DNA from: Phoronis australis
Taxonomy: Eukaryota; Animalia; Phoronida
Direction: 5' to 3'
Length of the DNA: 64,000 nucleotides
Assembly: GCA_002633005.1 (NCBI GenBank)
Contig: NMRA01000885.1
Location: forward strand, 6,185-70,184
Below are positions 40,960-59,046 of the stretch, piece by piece (position 1 is the first letter of the stretch; each line of letters begins with the position of its first letter). The notes under the pieces are model-generated. The model did not search any database, was not told the DNA's origin, and was given only the letters and a program-made list of their open reading frames with translations. The position numbers and the translations under genes were made by a program.

Positions 40960-42045
40960 ACCACACCAAGGTGACTAGTTGATTCTTTAAGTATTTTGGG
41001 GGGAAATTTTACTCAATTATTGGGGATGCTAAGAAGAGCCGCCGCTGTCCACAACGACCTCTGGAGGTGTGCCAACCAAATTGATCAGGCTCGGTCCATT
41101 ACAGTATGGCTCATCTCGTCTCTCCTACTACTTTATTGGCGCAGCATCAGGAGCCTGCCCACTTCCCGTAGTCTTCTTGCACCACTGTTCATTCCTCTTC
41201 TTCCATATCCACTGCGACGCCCTCTCCGCTCGCTCGCTTATAACACTGATGGCCTTCTTCCTTTCCTTTCCTGTCACCCTTAATGCACGAAATGCCCTCC
41301 ATACTGACTGCCCAACAAATCCCCTGCACCCAACTTCAACTGGCCAGTACCATACTCTGCCACCCCCTACTTCGACATTCCTCGCACAACTGTTGATATT
41401 TCTCTTTCTTCCTTCCATGTGCTTCTTCTATCCGCTCTTCCCGTGGCACTGTCAGCTCCAGCAGTATTACCTCCATCGTTGCCGGTGACCACATCACGAT
41501 GTCTGGTTTCAGACTTGTCTCCGCTGTCTCACTTGGGAAGGTCATCCTTCGGTACTGATCGACGTTAGTCTTCCGCAATGTTCAGCACACCTCCTCCTCC
41601 TGTCTTTCCTTGAGTTGAACTACCCGCCAGCACAAAATTAACACACTGTGACCCCTTCAGCACTTTCTGCTCCTTTTTGCGTTCCCTCTCGAGGCTCTCC
41701 GCGATCACCTCCAACACCTGGCCATCCCTCCATGTATATTGTTCGTCTGACAACGCTGATGAGCATGATGACAGCACGTGTTCCAGGTTTTCTGGCTTCT
41801 TACATTACACACAAGTCGGATCTTCCATTAACCAACACACAGTCACGCAAATAGGATGGGCTGGCCAAAACATCATATAGAGACCTCAGCAAAAACCTCA
41901 ATCTACTCTCCTGCATTGCCCAGATCTCTTGCCACTTCAAACTCCTCTGTCTAACTCCCTGCCAATTCAGCCAACTGCCTTGCTATCTCATGCCTGCTGC
42001 TCTGTCTCTTCTTGTTTCTTGTTCCATGCTTCTCACATGCTGCTG
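40960..42045 (-). mobile_element. 3' fragment of an RLE-type non-LTR retrotransposon (HERO/NeSL-like)
   Basis: Zinc knuckle ..LEHVLSSC, then KPDIVMWS..VILLELTVP.EE.IEEAHGRKKEKY and PVEVGCRGFVGQS..AERASQWIWKKR. Frameshifted. Confidence 0.85.
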
Positions 42046-42446
42046 TACTATGATACGTCTCTGTTAACCGTGCTTCCTCGTGAATATGAGTCCGTGTCCC
42101 GGGTATATAGGTGCGTGGAACGTGTTTTGTGAGTCCGTTCCCGTGTTTGTGAATCAGTGGACGGTGTTTGCAGTCCGTGAGTCGTGTTTATGAGTCCGTT
42201 GACCGTGTAGTTTAGGTACCTTGTAGATGGAGTGCTAGTTGTTACATATTCCATCAATGCTTTCTGCACATTGAATGAATGACCGTTACTGTATAGAATT
42301 TTACCACCCTAATAGTTATTACCAGTATTGTTTGTTGTTAACAGAATCAGCCATCATGATGTGAAAACAGGATTTTGTCTTGTATTGTATGTAATCCTTT
42401 CAGCGGTCCTGTTGCCCAGATGTCTGCCTTTGAGATAAACGTCATG

Positions 42447-44560
42447 GCTCAGTTGTCTTTCTCAGTCTACCAGTAAATGATATTTTCTCACATGGTCTGA
42501 CCTTGGGATCAGACGACCATGGACATTCAATGCATTACTCTTGTAAAATAGTCCTCGTTGGTACTGCTGATCTGTGGAAATTATCCGTTCAAATGTTAAG
42601 ACTTCTAAATCAAAAAGACTAGGTAGGCATATAGACTGTGGTCATAGTAACGCTACGGTAATACTTGGAAACTCATGCAGATGGGGGAACTTAAATTACC
42701 ACTGGAGCCGACAGAGTTAAGTTGTATTATGCACAGATCTGTCAACTGTTGAAATGCTGGTATGTTCCTCAAAATTGGGACATTCTAAGTCCAGGATTAT
42801 GGGTAAAAATTCTTCAGTGTGAGAGATTCTATGACAGACAAATGGAATTTTATTTTGTCAAAATACTCAACTAAGGAATTTCTAAGTAAATTTAACATGG
42901 CATATACAGTTACCAACTGTTACCAAACGATTCATTTGGAACATTGTAATGGGCTTTTGAAAAATAGAAAACATTCTCAATTTTAGCAGTTATTTTTGCC
43001 AAAATCAATGATTTTACACAATATTTTTTCCCTTTTTGTGGTGAGTGTGTTGAGAAAATTAATATTATTTAACCCAGTCAAGTTTTTTAGTTTGAACTTC
43101 TCTTTGGCACCCCTTGATTTTGATCATTTGTCAATATGTTGTGTTGTTGTGTGTCAATGGATTTGAAATTGTTACCAAATTACCATTAGTACCAAGACCT
43201 ATTCCTGGACACTTATTTGTCATTTTTAGCGTAATAAGCATGTCTGAGGGAGGCTGTCTCTAGAAATCATTTATATTTAAATTTTATTTTTAAGGTATTG
43301 CTAATATATGGTTAACACTTACTAACAGATGACCTAGAACTGAACTGTTCTAGGAATCTCAGTTTACTAAATAGTAAAAACTGGTTACAATTTATCCTTA
43401 GTAATCGGAATTTGTACTTACAGTCGCAGTGGTAAATACATGTATTTTGTGTGAAATGCTGACAAGAGAAAGTGTAAAGAACTTCATGTTAAATACCGAG
43501 TTACACTGTGCCAAAATCGACAACATGGAGTAATTTACTAACACCAAGATTATGAACTTACAGTAATTGGGTTCCGTATTTCTTCACCTATTTATTGTGC
43601 TATATCGGAATTTTGTTTTGTCATATTTCTAAGCAAAAATAAAAATTGAGAAATTTTATTGTTGGCTATATGAGTACCCTGTCATAACACATTTTTTTCA
43701 AAATATCCAATATTTGTATCTGAAGGTAATCAGTGTTTGAAAAATAGAAAAATGACAAATTTGGTGATTACTTTTGTGTGAAATAAATGAAGAAGTACTT
43801 ATATGCACAGTAATGCCGGCAATGGTTCTCTTTGTCTAGTCTGGGAGGATAAGAATTAAGTTTAAAATCCTACACAGCACTAATTTGGTCAAACGACTGA
43901 AGTCACCAACTTCAAACTTGAATAATTCAAGTAAGAGATAATGATGAATCATTGCCCTCATTGGAATCATCCTTGAACTCCAATTGGTTCATTTCATTAC
44001 CCAATGTAATTGGGAACAGTATTCACTGTCTTAAAATGGCAAAACAGGATTCCATCCTAAATATGAACTAAAGATGGCGCTGTGTGTGGCTTTGACTGCA
44101 TTTGTACCCCGTAGGACTAGCATTTGTGCTTTTTCATTATAATTAATGTAAATAGTGGTAACATGTTTAGTATTTTGCTAACCAATCGTGTGGTCCATCT
44201 TGATCTTGTTTTGCAGTTTGTTACGATGGTAAGTCATTCATCATTTGGGAGTTGATGAATATGATGAAAGCAAAAGCACACGATACATGTATTTTTTATG
44301 GACGCTTTCCCTTTTTTCATCGTACTCTGAAGTGGTTTCCTGAACTATTTAATATACTCCTGTCCATTCAATGTGTTCAGTATATGGGTTCACAATTAAG
44401 ACTGCCCAATACGTAGGTGACATTTTTGATGGTGACAGTCCTAATATAACCTCCGTATAGAGTGTCCCCCATGACTCTGGTGTCATACCTGCCTCTATCT
44501 GCCAGCGGAGCACCTTGGCATAAATGTGCATGTACTGTATGTTGACATTCAAATACAGTG
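42447..44560 (-). pseudogene. Decayed LRR-like coding block, copy 2
   Basis: 42447-43780 matches 22810-24690, and 43840-44560 matches 60075-60800. Fragments FEVGDFSRLTKLV, LFSKLRFLEQ, LVSVNHILAIP, LNLLRNSL. Confidence 0.5.
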
Positions 44561-46017
44561 CACACCACCGTTAAAATAAATGAAAAACTTCCTTGGACCT
44601 CTTAATGTCACATTTTAGAAAGGGCTCCGAAACTAAATGGACATCGAGCTCCATAAACAGAATTTATATTTGCTTTCATACTATCTTGCATTGGTGCTGC
44701 CGGCCACTCAGGATGGGGAGAGGCTTCATAGTTTCAGTAGACAAGTGCATTTTTTCGATTTTCTTCACCTGCATCCAAAAACTTGCAGTCCCACAGCTTA
44801 CGCCGATGCTCTCATCAGACCCGAGTTAACTCAGTATGAAAAGACTTACAGAGCTGTTGTGCGCATGTGATAACATCTAGATCTTTTGTTAACTGACCAG
44901 CCCATTCTTTTTTGGTATGATAACATGCCGACCAATTATCTACCCGCCTTAATACCGACCCAATGTGAACACCGTCAAAACAAACCGTCGAACAGATAAG
45001 ATTGTCTTAATATCTTCAGTTGTGGTTGGTCGATTTTGGTGTTTGAAAGACTAAACATGATCCGCAATTGGCGAGGAATTCATTAATGTTAGTGGTTTAT
45101 GGCCAAACATTTTATGATATGACTTTTATTTTTAACAGCGCAGCCCAATCAGACTAGATATGATCTTAGCTGAGATTAGAGATAATATCAAACAAAAAAC
45201 CGCTTACCCACTAACCTTAAATGCCAGAATGAAATTTATCAGTCTTGTAACATATTGGCTACAGCAGTCATCTACCCAACTTGTTGCTGTGCTATGCAAC
45301 CGAACAAGTTGGACTCAACGAGACAACGCCGTAATGGGCTTTGAATTGTCCTCTTTAAAGTGTATTTCCTCTTTCTAGTTTTGATTTCCTATTCTTTGAT
45401 TTCCATTTTCCTGTTTTTTGCTCTTGTTGTCATTATTTTGATTTTTATGCTAAAACGTTATTTCAGTTAAGTTTTACAACACAAAATATATTTCTACCAC
45501 ACAAGCCAATATGTGGAACAATACGACACCTGGAAAAATTTCCTCTTCTTTATACATTGTCATTCCAAGCCTTCATTTCATTAACATAATCAGTTTCTTA
45601 CTTCTCACCCAGAGCTGTTTCTTAGTCTCATGTTTGCAAAATTGATAAACATGTGCGTAAAGACCTGCAAAACGCGGGATGTTTTGAACATGTGTTATTT
45701 ATTTTCTAACGAATTTCGACAACATTTTTTCCATAAATATGTAATTTTTATTTCTTTACCTTTAAAAATAGTGAACAATATTTAGCATAATTGCATGTTG
45801 AGTAAACGTGTCTGGATTACCCTCTTCAAAATGCAACATCTCTACATGTACATGTACGAAACTACTTTTACTCTTCAGTTATCAAATGCCAGTAACTGTT
45901 CATGCAAACAGGTTACCAAATATCAGGCACAAATCAATAAAAGCTGAAAGGCATGTATCGTGATATCATTTATTTTCGTATTCAAGTCAGTTACCTCTAC
46001 ACGTCACCATAATTCGT

Positions 46018-50282
<4,265 letters not shown>

Positions 50283-52589
50283 TTGATCGAGATGCAGCGT
50301 CATTGTTCTCATTCGGGTTAACACGGTGAAATGTTGTTGAATGTTCCTGTTGCAGTGCCACTGGTCTTTCGCCGAGAAGCGTTTTATAGACGGCGATCTT
50401 TTCACAAGATTATAAAAACCCTTGAAAAAGTATCCGTTATCGATCGGTATCTCTACAACCAATCGGATGCGAAGCATCCAACTCGTAACTGACGACCTAT
50501 GTACATGCAGCTAACTTCGTCTGGGGTAACGGGTGATATTTATCGTCTTTAAAGGCGAAGGCAACCTGTTTTCATGTCATTTTTAGCAAAAATAAGGTTC
50601 GTTGATTATCTCAGCCACATTTTTCACTTATTTAATGCTTTTCGTAATTTAATTAATTACTCTTTACTTTTTATAATAAAATCTGAATAATTTATTTGTG
50701 ATGCCTTAACTTTAGCTTGATATTCATAATGTCTGAGCCGAAATGGCCCCATTAAATTTAATATGTTTAATTTTTTCATTAATACAATTTTAGGAATCAG
50801 GAAAGGCTGATGCTGAAGAAGCGGCTTCTGCTGAAGTTGGAGACCTGCCGATTATTAGTAAAGGTTGGGTATGGAAAAGTTCAAAACCAGCAAGAAATTA
50901 CCCTTCTGGACAACTAAGTGAGGGGGCTAGAGAGAGACCGAAAAGTCTACTCCCAGAAGATATGTCAAAGAGAATTTATAACTTGAGGAACGAGTCCGGG
51001 AAAAAGTATTTGCCAAAGATTACTGGGTTTTACCACAACAGGTCCAATGTAATTTGTTGAGATAGGCCGCTCTCAGTAAATGTGGGGAAACTGGGACAGA
51101 GGAAGTGGAGTATGCATTGAAAGAGGCAATCTGCGATTGTCAAGGATGTAGCATTGTAAAAATTCAAAGGGAGGAGACAGTACTGTGGCTGGACCTGTAA
51201 ATACTCTGGCTGATTTGCTAAATCCATTGGTGGTATCATTATGTCAGCACAGCTGTGTAGGGAAGTAGTCTTGTGTATTTTTGCAAGCTTTGTTTGCACC
51301 AGAACTGCTGTGTGAATAGAACAAATCTAAATTTACCTGTATTGATTTTTTGCCCAGCCACCAATCATGATCCTGGGCCAGTGGATTATGTTGGTACAGC
51401 CACATTGTAATGGGTACATTATTTTTTTTGTTTAGCCACTGGATTTTTTGGTCTGATAGCATTTTTCAGTGTGGCCAACACATTTAGACGTTTGTTTCGT
51501 GATTTCTGACCAATGTACTGTTCCTTTTCCTTGAAACTGTAAAATTGATCAGAAGTTGTGTTTCCGCATTTTATTTACCATTAGAGATTTTTGTTTGTAA
51601 ATGAGTATTTATTACTGACATTTGAGCCCCTGTTGTAGTTAGGCTGGTTGTAACACTCCTTTCAGGAGGTAAAGTTTTGATTTAGACCATTTACCTTCAT
51701 AAAATTTTCTCAATTATGTTCCTGATGCAGATGGGAAGTGATTTCTGGAATTGCAGCAAATTGACAGTTTGTTATTCCTCAAGACCACGCTGTGTGCATA
51801 AAATCACACACCGTTAGACAAGCCATCTTACAGAGCCTGATCAGAATTGACTAGGAAATAAAATACCTATTTCATGATGGTAAGTTGTCTAAATCAAAAG
51901 TTGTTTTATGTGATAGTAGGCGGGTTTATGTCCACTTCAAAGGATGTTTTGTTGCAGTACTGAAAAATGTTAGCACATTAGCCCTGGTGATTGTGGTGGT
52001 TATTTTTGATAAGAACATGGATGTGGTTCCGACAGCTACCTCAAAGTTGTAAAGAAGGAGAAATTTACAATGTTGCCAGCGACATTGCAAAATCCCTTTC
52101 TCGCAGTGAGACTACATCACCTTAAATGTAATTCCCTGACTTCACTTGATGGGTTTTATGTGGTTGACTCTGTCCTCTATCAATGGGGCTATTCGGAGAA
52201 TTCTCCTCGCGGTGTCGCTGCTGTACTAGTGGTGATTGAATTGCGCATGCGTGGCTGTCTGCATGTAAACAACTGGTAAAAGATGGAATTTTTATCAAAA
52301 TACGTCGTCTCGCTAAGCCTTATTGACTTGGGTTGTTGTGATGAAAGTAGCAAAAATTATTTGTAATGAAAAATTATTGAAAACTGTGTGAACAAAAGGT
52401 GACAAAAAGACATATGGTGACTTGTTTGTTGGTTTGTAGTCACCTTTTAAGTTTGGGATTGAGGCCATAAAAATTTCAGTTAAAGACTGTTAAAGGTAAT
52501 TATTGGCTAAAAGAGGGAAAAAGTCACCACGAATAGACTCCCAAAGTCTGATGATTTTGGTGAGAAGATATTTATGTTTATGCGCGCAC

Positions 52590-54200
52590 ACATTTATATG
52601 TGGATGCAATATGCTGTCATCGGGCGTCTGTCTGGCGTCCTCTGCTCTATCTCCCAAACCCTTTGGCGTATATGTTCACGAAAGTTTGCATGTGTGTAAC
52701 TTTCTTTCGTAGATTAGTGAACTTTCGAACGGTTTCGAATACTGGCGTGACCCCTAGTGGCAATTTTAGATTTTTACGTTTACCTCTGTATCTTCAAAGG
52801 TCCTCAATGGATTTTCTTAAAATTTGGCATGTAGGCATCTATTAGTGAGATGATGCTATCCTCTCGTTTTCTGATGGATTCGAGATCTTTTGTGTCATCG
52901 AGTGGCCATTTTTACTGTTTTCAAGTCTGTTTTTTGGGCGTCGTCCCCTCTATCAACCGGAATGATTGTGAATGTTCTTACTGTGAAGAGGACAGCTGAC
53001 GATGATTTTCTGAAGACTGTGGCTATTCCTAGTGGCAGTTTTGCTTTGTTTTGCACCAATGGCTGTATCTTCTAAACACTGTGCAGGACTTTTTATTTAC
53101 TTTAGCATTATTGTATATTTACATGAAGTTGGCAATGGATGACGACGATTTTCCGACGGAGCTGAGTGCTGATGTGCCCCCTTGTGGCAGTTTTAGTTTT
53201 TTAAGTTTGCCTCTCTATCTTCAAAGGTCCTCAACAGATTTTCATGAAACTTAGCTTAGCCATCTATTATCAAGATGACGCTATCCTCCCGTTTTCGGAT
53301 GGATTCGAGGTATTTTGCGTCACCTAGTGGCCATTTTTTCTGTTTTCGAGTTTGTTTGTCGGCGTCCACCCCTCTGTCGACCAAACCACTTTAAGAATGA
53401 TAAATTGTGAAAATTGGCATATATGTTGTTATTATGAAGAGAATGGCTGAAGATGATTTTCCCACGACTTTGACCACTGTGGTGCCTCCTAGTGGCAATT
53501 TTGTTTTTTGTTCCCATGGCTGCATTTCCTAAACCCGCCGTATAATCTTCACTAAATTTAGCAAGTGTATAATGAAGGTGACAACAGATGACGACGACTT
53601 TCGTATGAATCTGACTACCGCCGTGCCCCCTGGTGGCAATTCTATTTTTTTACATTTACCTGTATCTTCAAAGGTCCTTAACGGATTTTCATTGGTAAGA
53701 TGATGCTATACTTCCGTATTCGGATGGATTCAAGATATTTTGCACCACCTGGTTGGCATTTTTGGTGTTTTTAAGTCTTTTTTTGGCGTTGGCCCCTCTA
53801 TCAACCAAACCACTCTAAGGATGTTTTTAAAAATTAGATTGTGTTCTCAGTGTGAAGAGAATGGTTGACAACGACAACTTTGACTGCTGTGGTGAATCCT
53901 AGTGGCAGTTTTGTTTTGTTTCGCGTTCATAGCTGTATCTCCTAAATCCACTCCAGTATCTTTATTAAATTTAGAAAGTATGAAGTTAACACAAGATGTC
54001 GACTTTCAGAAAGAACCGATGAACGCTGTGTCACCTAGTGGCAATTTCATTCTTTTCGGTTTTCCTTTGTTTCTGTCAATTTTTTTGACAGATAAATTTA
54101 CCATACCTTTTTATTAATATAGAAATGATGGCATGTTCTCGTATTTGGATGGATTCGACGTATTTTGTGCTATCTTGTGGTCATTTTTTGATACAAATTA
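52590..54200. repeat. Tandem-array repeat element inserted relative to the paralogous 33.4 kb region
   Basis: Same motifs as 28930-31330. Its flanks are nearly contiguous in the gene A intron. Confidence 0.75.
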
Positions 54201-54393
54201 GCAACCCCATAAACACACCATTTGTGGTGCAAATTCGTGGGCACATTTCAGCGCTCCGGGTTGCACTTGTTACAATTGAAGTCTGTTGCAGGCATAGTTA
54301 CTCCATGCTAATAGTGAATAATTGACGTGTATTTTTGTGAATCTGCTTTTAGGATTTCTATATCTGTGACTGATGCTTGTGTGCACTTTGCAG

Positions 54394-54484
54394 GATTTGC
54401 CCGTTCCATATCGGGGATCGGCAGCGGTAACTACACTGACTACGTGGCCACCAGGTGGTACAGGTCCACGGAGCTGTTGCTTGG
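54394..54484 (+). pseudogene. CDKL5: CDKL5-like activation-loop exon (91 bp), isolated
   Basis: Bounded by ttgcAG and GTgggt. Translates [31 protein letters not shown], with SPE->STE. Its phase-2 end fits the phase of the exon at 10237. Confidence 0.85.
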
Positions 54485-55672
54485 GTGGGTAACATTGATG
54501 CAAGATTGACAGTCTAACAGTTCAAAGATTCTTGTATGTGGTACTAGTCAGTAATGTGAGACAACTGCGTGACTGTGTTTAACGTAAAATGCAATCCATG
54601 CTCGGTGTATGTGACCAAATATAAATAAACTTTAAGAAAAATACACTGTTGGAAACTATTTTTTATTCCACTCGTTTCCAATGACTCATATCGATGCTAG
54701 TCCTTATTTCGCTCTTGAACAATTGTGCTAGAACATTTTCTTGCAGTGTAGGGCATAGATGGCGCATTGTACTAGCATTTTGTCATGTCAGTATAACAAA
54801 ACATGACACCGTTATAATCTCTTAAGCATTTTTTACCAAATATCTTACAATTCGTGACAAATTGCTGCCCAAATTAGTTCATACCAGTAAGTATCCAATG
54901 AACTTCTTGCACAATTACCAACTGCTATATTTCCTTCTTGTCTCTTGTTAAATGGTCGCAAGTATCAAGACTCTGATCTGAGGAGGCTTGTTAATTACCA
55001 ACGCCAGAAATTTGTAACATGCACTACTGCGCATGCGCTAAATCTTGCCAGCAGCCCTCCATAAGAGCAGGCTATAATCAGGAATTTATAAGCGAGGGGA
55101 GATAACTGCACAATTTGCCGATAGCCTGTCGCATAGAGTGTATGTTAAGACTTGTTACTGCCAAATATCAGCGTCATTGGTGAAAAATTTTCCACGTCTC
55201 TTGAAGTTTGAAGTTTGTTCCATTCAGGCCTATGTTAACGATCGTCCGGAAGCCCATATCTGAGCGCATAGCTCATTTTGAAGTCAAGTTTGTGGCTGAA
55301 TTCATTTTGCCATCGGATTTGCCGATAGCGGAGGTGATTACCAGGAGTACTCAGAGGTTGCTGGTTCAAATTTCATGCTGTTTTTTGAAAAATTTTCCAC
55401 GTCTCTTGTGTTCAGAAAATGGATCCACGTACAGTGCTGTGAGATTAAATGTTGCCGATCGCGCCGGCTGTCTTGCAATGGAATTTGCACTGAAGCTGTT
55501 CAAAGATTTGTACTTTGCTTTAACTTGAATTTATAATCAAAGAAATCTTTTCAACTGGACTATTGTATCATTAAGTTGAATGTAATAATCTTATAAACTG
55601 AAATTGATATACTGCTAACAGCCAATTATGAAAACAGTTGTTGCCAATGGACACCAAAGAACCATTATAAGC

Positions 55673-56448
55673 TTATTTCCACGTTATTTCTACTCTTAAC
55701 TGATGACCCCTGTCCCACACATAAAGCACTTTATCCATGGGGTCATAATGAGCGTGTGCTGCATAGCCATATTCATTACTGTAACTTATACCTGGGTTGG
55801 TGACAATGTTGTTGTCACATGTGTCAAACACATGCGAGATGGAGCTGCTTTCATAACGATAGCTGTCGGTCACGTAAAGTTTGCCGCAGACCATAAATGC
55901 ATTGCCCTTTGACGTTTTTGTGATGGGAATTTGCCAGGTTTTGTCAACGGCGAATGTCAGTGGGTCAACCCTGCCCAAGACGAAGTTACAATTTTGGTCT
56001 ACGTTTGCCCAAACAATATAAACCCCTGATTCATCGAATTCAATGTCAATATCAGAAAATCCGCGCCACTGGTAAGAGCATTTATTTCTAAAGGCCACGT
56101 TAGTGCCGAAGTTTGACAATTTAATCAATTTGTATGGCTTGCTCAAGTTTGCCAAGTCATACACAAGTACCAGTGATGCATTTGTCTGTGCGCAGAACAG
56201 TTTTCCACCAATCATCTGGGCTTGAGCGCCATCGCAACCTGTTGGCAAGCGGTAAGACTTGACATTTTGGTTGTTTGTGAAGTCTGCCTCTGAAGGATAT
56301 AGGTTTAGAGTTCTTGCATTATCGTAACCATCCATGCTGTAGAACGCTCCTGTTTTTGATAGTTGGTCCCTTCCAAATGTACCTTGAGTAGAGCCTCTTT
56401 GGGAGAGAACCTGTCCCTTCTTGAACCCCAGTATGTCTCTGCATTTGG
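55673..56448 (-). CDS. Olfactomedin-domain terminal exon of gene C (776 nt, open)
   Basis: Phase-1 acceptor ttcacAG|CC. Motifs YQWRGFSDIDIEFDESGVYIVW, DPLTF.V.KTW, GNAFMVCGKLYV, YDPMDKVLYVWDRGHQL. Confidence 0.92.
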
Positions 56449-57769
56449 CTGTGAATGCAATTAGTTATGCGTGACTACTCCACATTCAGCAACTGATGGG
56501 CAGATTATGTTAAATATTATCAACTGTACAAAGTATAGTCTGTGAAAATGCCTTTGTTTAGGTGAAATTATTTTGATTGAAACGGTGGAAAATAAATTGC
56601 AATCTGTGTTCTTCGGGTAAAAACTTGTCTCAAGTCTTAGACATTAAATGTCACAAAAATTACCACAGTTCCAAAGGCTATACATGACTACACTTATCTG
56701 TACAAAGTGTGTGAAGTTTTGCGTTTCATGACCGCGTTTTGTCGTTCAGCAACTTTTCCAGACGTGAGGGGTTCTGAACGTGCGATAACATCTGGCTCTT
56801 TTGTTAACTGCCCAGCACATGTTTTGTGCCGTATGACAACAAGCAGGCCAATTATCTCCCAGGCTTCAAACGGTTACCGAAACCTGGCAGAATGGATTGT
56901 CTTAACTTCTGTAAGTTGTAGTTGGACAATTTTGGTGATTCAAAAACTATAAATATGATCACCGTTTGACAAGGAATTCAGAAATGCTGTTTGTTTATAT
57001 TCAAATATGTTACAACTTATCTTTCATTTTTAGCAGAACAGACCAGTTAGGCTACATACCATATGATCGGTGATTAGAGTAATTATCGAACAAAAGAGAG
57101 CTGGCCCTCTAACCACAAATGCGAAAAAGAAGTTAATCAGTGGTGTAAAATATTGGCTACAGGGGTTATCTCCCCAACTTGTTGTTGGGCTATAGAATCG
57201 AACTAGTTGGGAGCAACGGGAAAACGACGTAATGTTTCAGGATTTTTACTAGGACACCTAACAAAATCTTAGGATGCATTGGTGACCTGCTTGTCGCCAA
57301 ATTGAGCCCTGGCATTTTTGGAGAAGCATTAAAATGCTTTCTAAAGATGATAACATTGCAGCTCCAGCATATCTCTTATAAGATATTTTGTTTTAATTTT
57401 CTAAAACGACTTTAGCAAAAATGATATTGACAAGGAAATGCTAACAATTCTTTTTGACTCACTTGCTTGTAAAATCTATCTTCCAGGGAACCAATCAGGA
57501 TTCAAGTTCTGTCGCTTATTTTTATAATGGGCAATATCCTGTCATGGATTTCATTGTTTTAGTCCTAACTACTGCAAACTTGTTATTTGCCAGGTGGCGC
57601 AAACGAATAATGAGTCTTGGTTTTTGTTACACGAATAGAGAACAGAGAAGCAGTTGACTAGCATGGGGTCATTCCTGAACTTAGGGCCCCACGTGTCTAC
57701 CTAAGTGCCTGGATGTCAGATGGTATCATTAACTCTACCGTAGGAATTTCGAGTTGTCCATTCACTTAC

Positions 57770-57835
57770 CATTAGTTTCTTTGTTCTTACTTACAGTCTC
57801 ATTCATCAACATGGCATAGGTCAAATTCAGGTGAC
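57770..57835 (-). CDS. Phase 1-1 linker exon of gene C, paralog of gene A exon 36225-36175
   Basis: [22 protein letters not shown] versus [17 protein letters not shown]. tacAG/GTaagt boundaries, and the flanking introns are homologous. Confidence 0.85.
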
Positions 57836-57959
57836 CTGTAATTAAATTAAACGAGCTGTTACAATTTGCTTAACACTGACATCAACAAACTTTGTCTCAG
57901 TCATCTTTTTTGAAAGTCTAGTTTTGAAAGGAGTAGTGTACAAATTTATCTGTGCTGGA

Positions 57960-59022
57960 TGTCTGCACAACTGAAATATCTGTCTCGTGTTTACAAGCAA
58001 ATGAATACAGACTTGAACAACCTAGACGCAACCCACAACAAACTGGAACAGGATTTTGCTAACCACACACAAAAAGCAAAGGAAACTGATGACTTCCTCA
58101 AGTCCCAACAACAAGGCTTACAAATGCAGCAGGCAATATTAATAACGGAGCTTAATGACCTTGAAAGTAAGATACTTCATGAAATTTTAATTCGATTTCA
58201 ATGCTTGGATGTCTTTTCTCATATATTATTTTGAAGTGCAGAGATGACTACATTAATGTGAAAAAACTTAGAAAATCTTACTGCCAAAAGTAGCTATTTT
58301 CTGATACTGTAGCAACCATACAATGAAAATAAGACAATGTGTTAATTACGAAGAGAATGGAAATTTAAACCTGTCCTATAAAATTTATCTCATCTGTTTC
58401 TTTAAATCATGCCATCAAATTACTGTAATCCTATAAATTCTTTAGTTAAGGACATAATTTGGCAGTCGATTGTAATTTCATAATGTCAAATAGCTGGGCT
58501 ACTTCAAAGTTAAGAAACAGTTTCTTTGTTGTTACCATGGTTGGAATGGATGGTACCAATTGTAATCAAAAATGTTTTACAAGAATGTGAGCACTTGCAG
58601 TTTGTGGAATCCAAATCCTTCAAAATCAAAACCCAGCAATTTTGTCAAGCAGTAGGAAGTCTAAATAACAATGAATCCCCATTATAATGGTCTATAACAA
58701 CTTCTCGCCTATTTACATTGGCAAGACATTTCAGTCGGCTATTTTTGCGGTCATCCTCAAATGTCACAACATTCTTAGGAGGACCACGGGTATGTCAGGT
58801 ACACTGACTTGTGGTGGTCAGTAGTGGTGAGCACATATTTCAGACTTTTCCCCAGGAGCGAGGACTAACTCAGGTACTTTGCCTTTGCCAGTCTTGCACT
58901 CTAACAAAATTAGTGTAAAATTTAGCTGATCGTGTAAATGGTCCATTGATGAAAAAATTATGTGGATCACGTTGTCCAACAACATCTGAGGTTATCTACA
59001 GCAGCTGCAGTAAATTCACTTT
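57960..59022 (+). pseudogene. Inverted fragment: 3' end of the coiled-coil stalk exon plus its downstream intron
   Basis: [39 protein letters not shown]|GTAAG on the plus strand matches gene A 37310-37103. The following sequence matches the reverse complement of ~36300-37100. Confidence 0.9.
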
Positions 59023-59046
59023 GACATGTTTCGGTGTCATTTATTC

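Noticed and set aside
50549-51500. Possible TTAA-type DNA transposon end with a Cys-rich coding remnant
   Set aside because: No matching second terminus or recognisable domain found.
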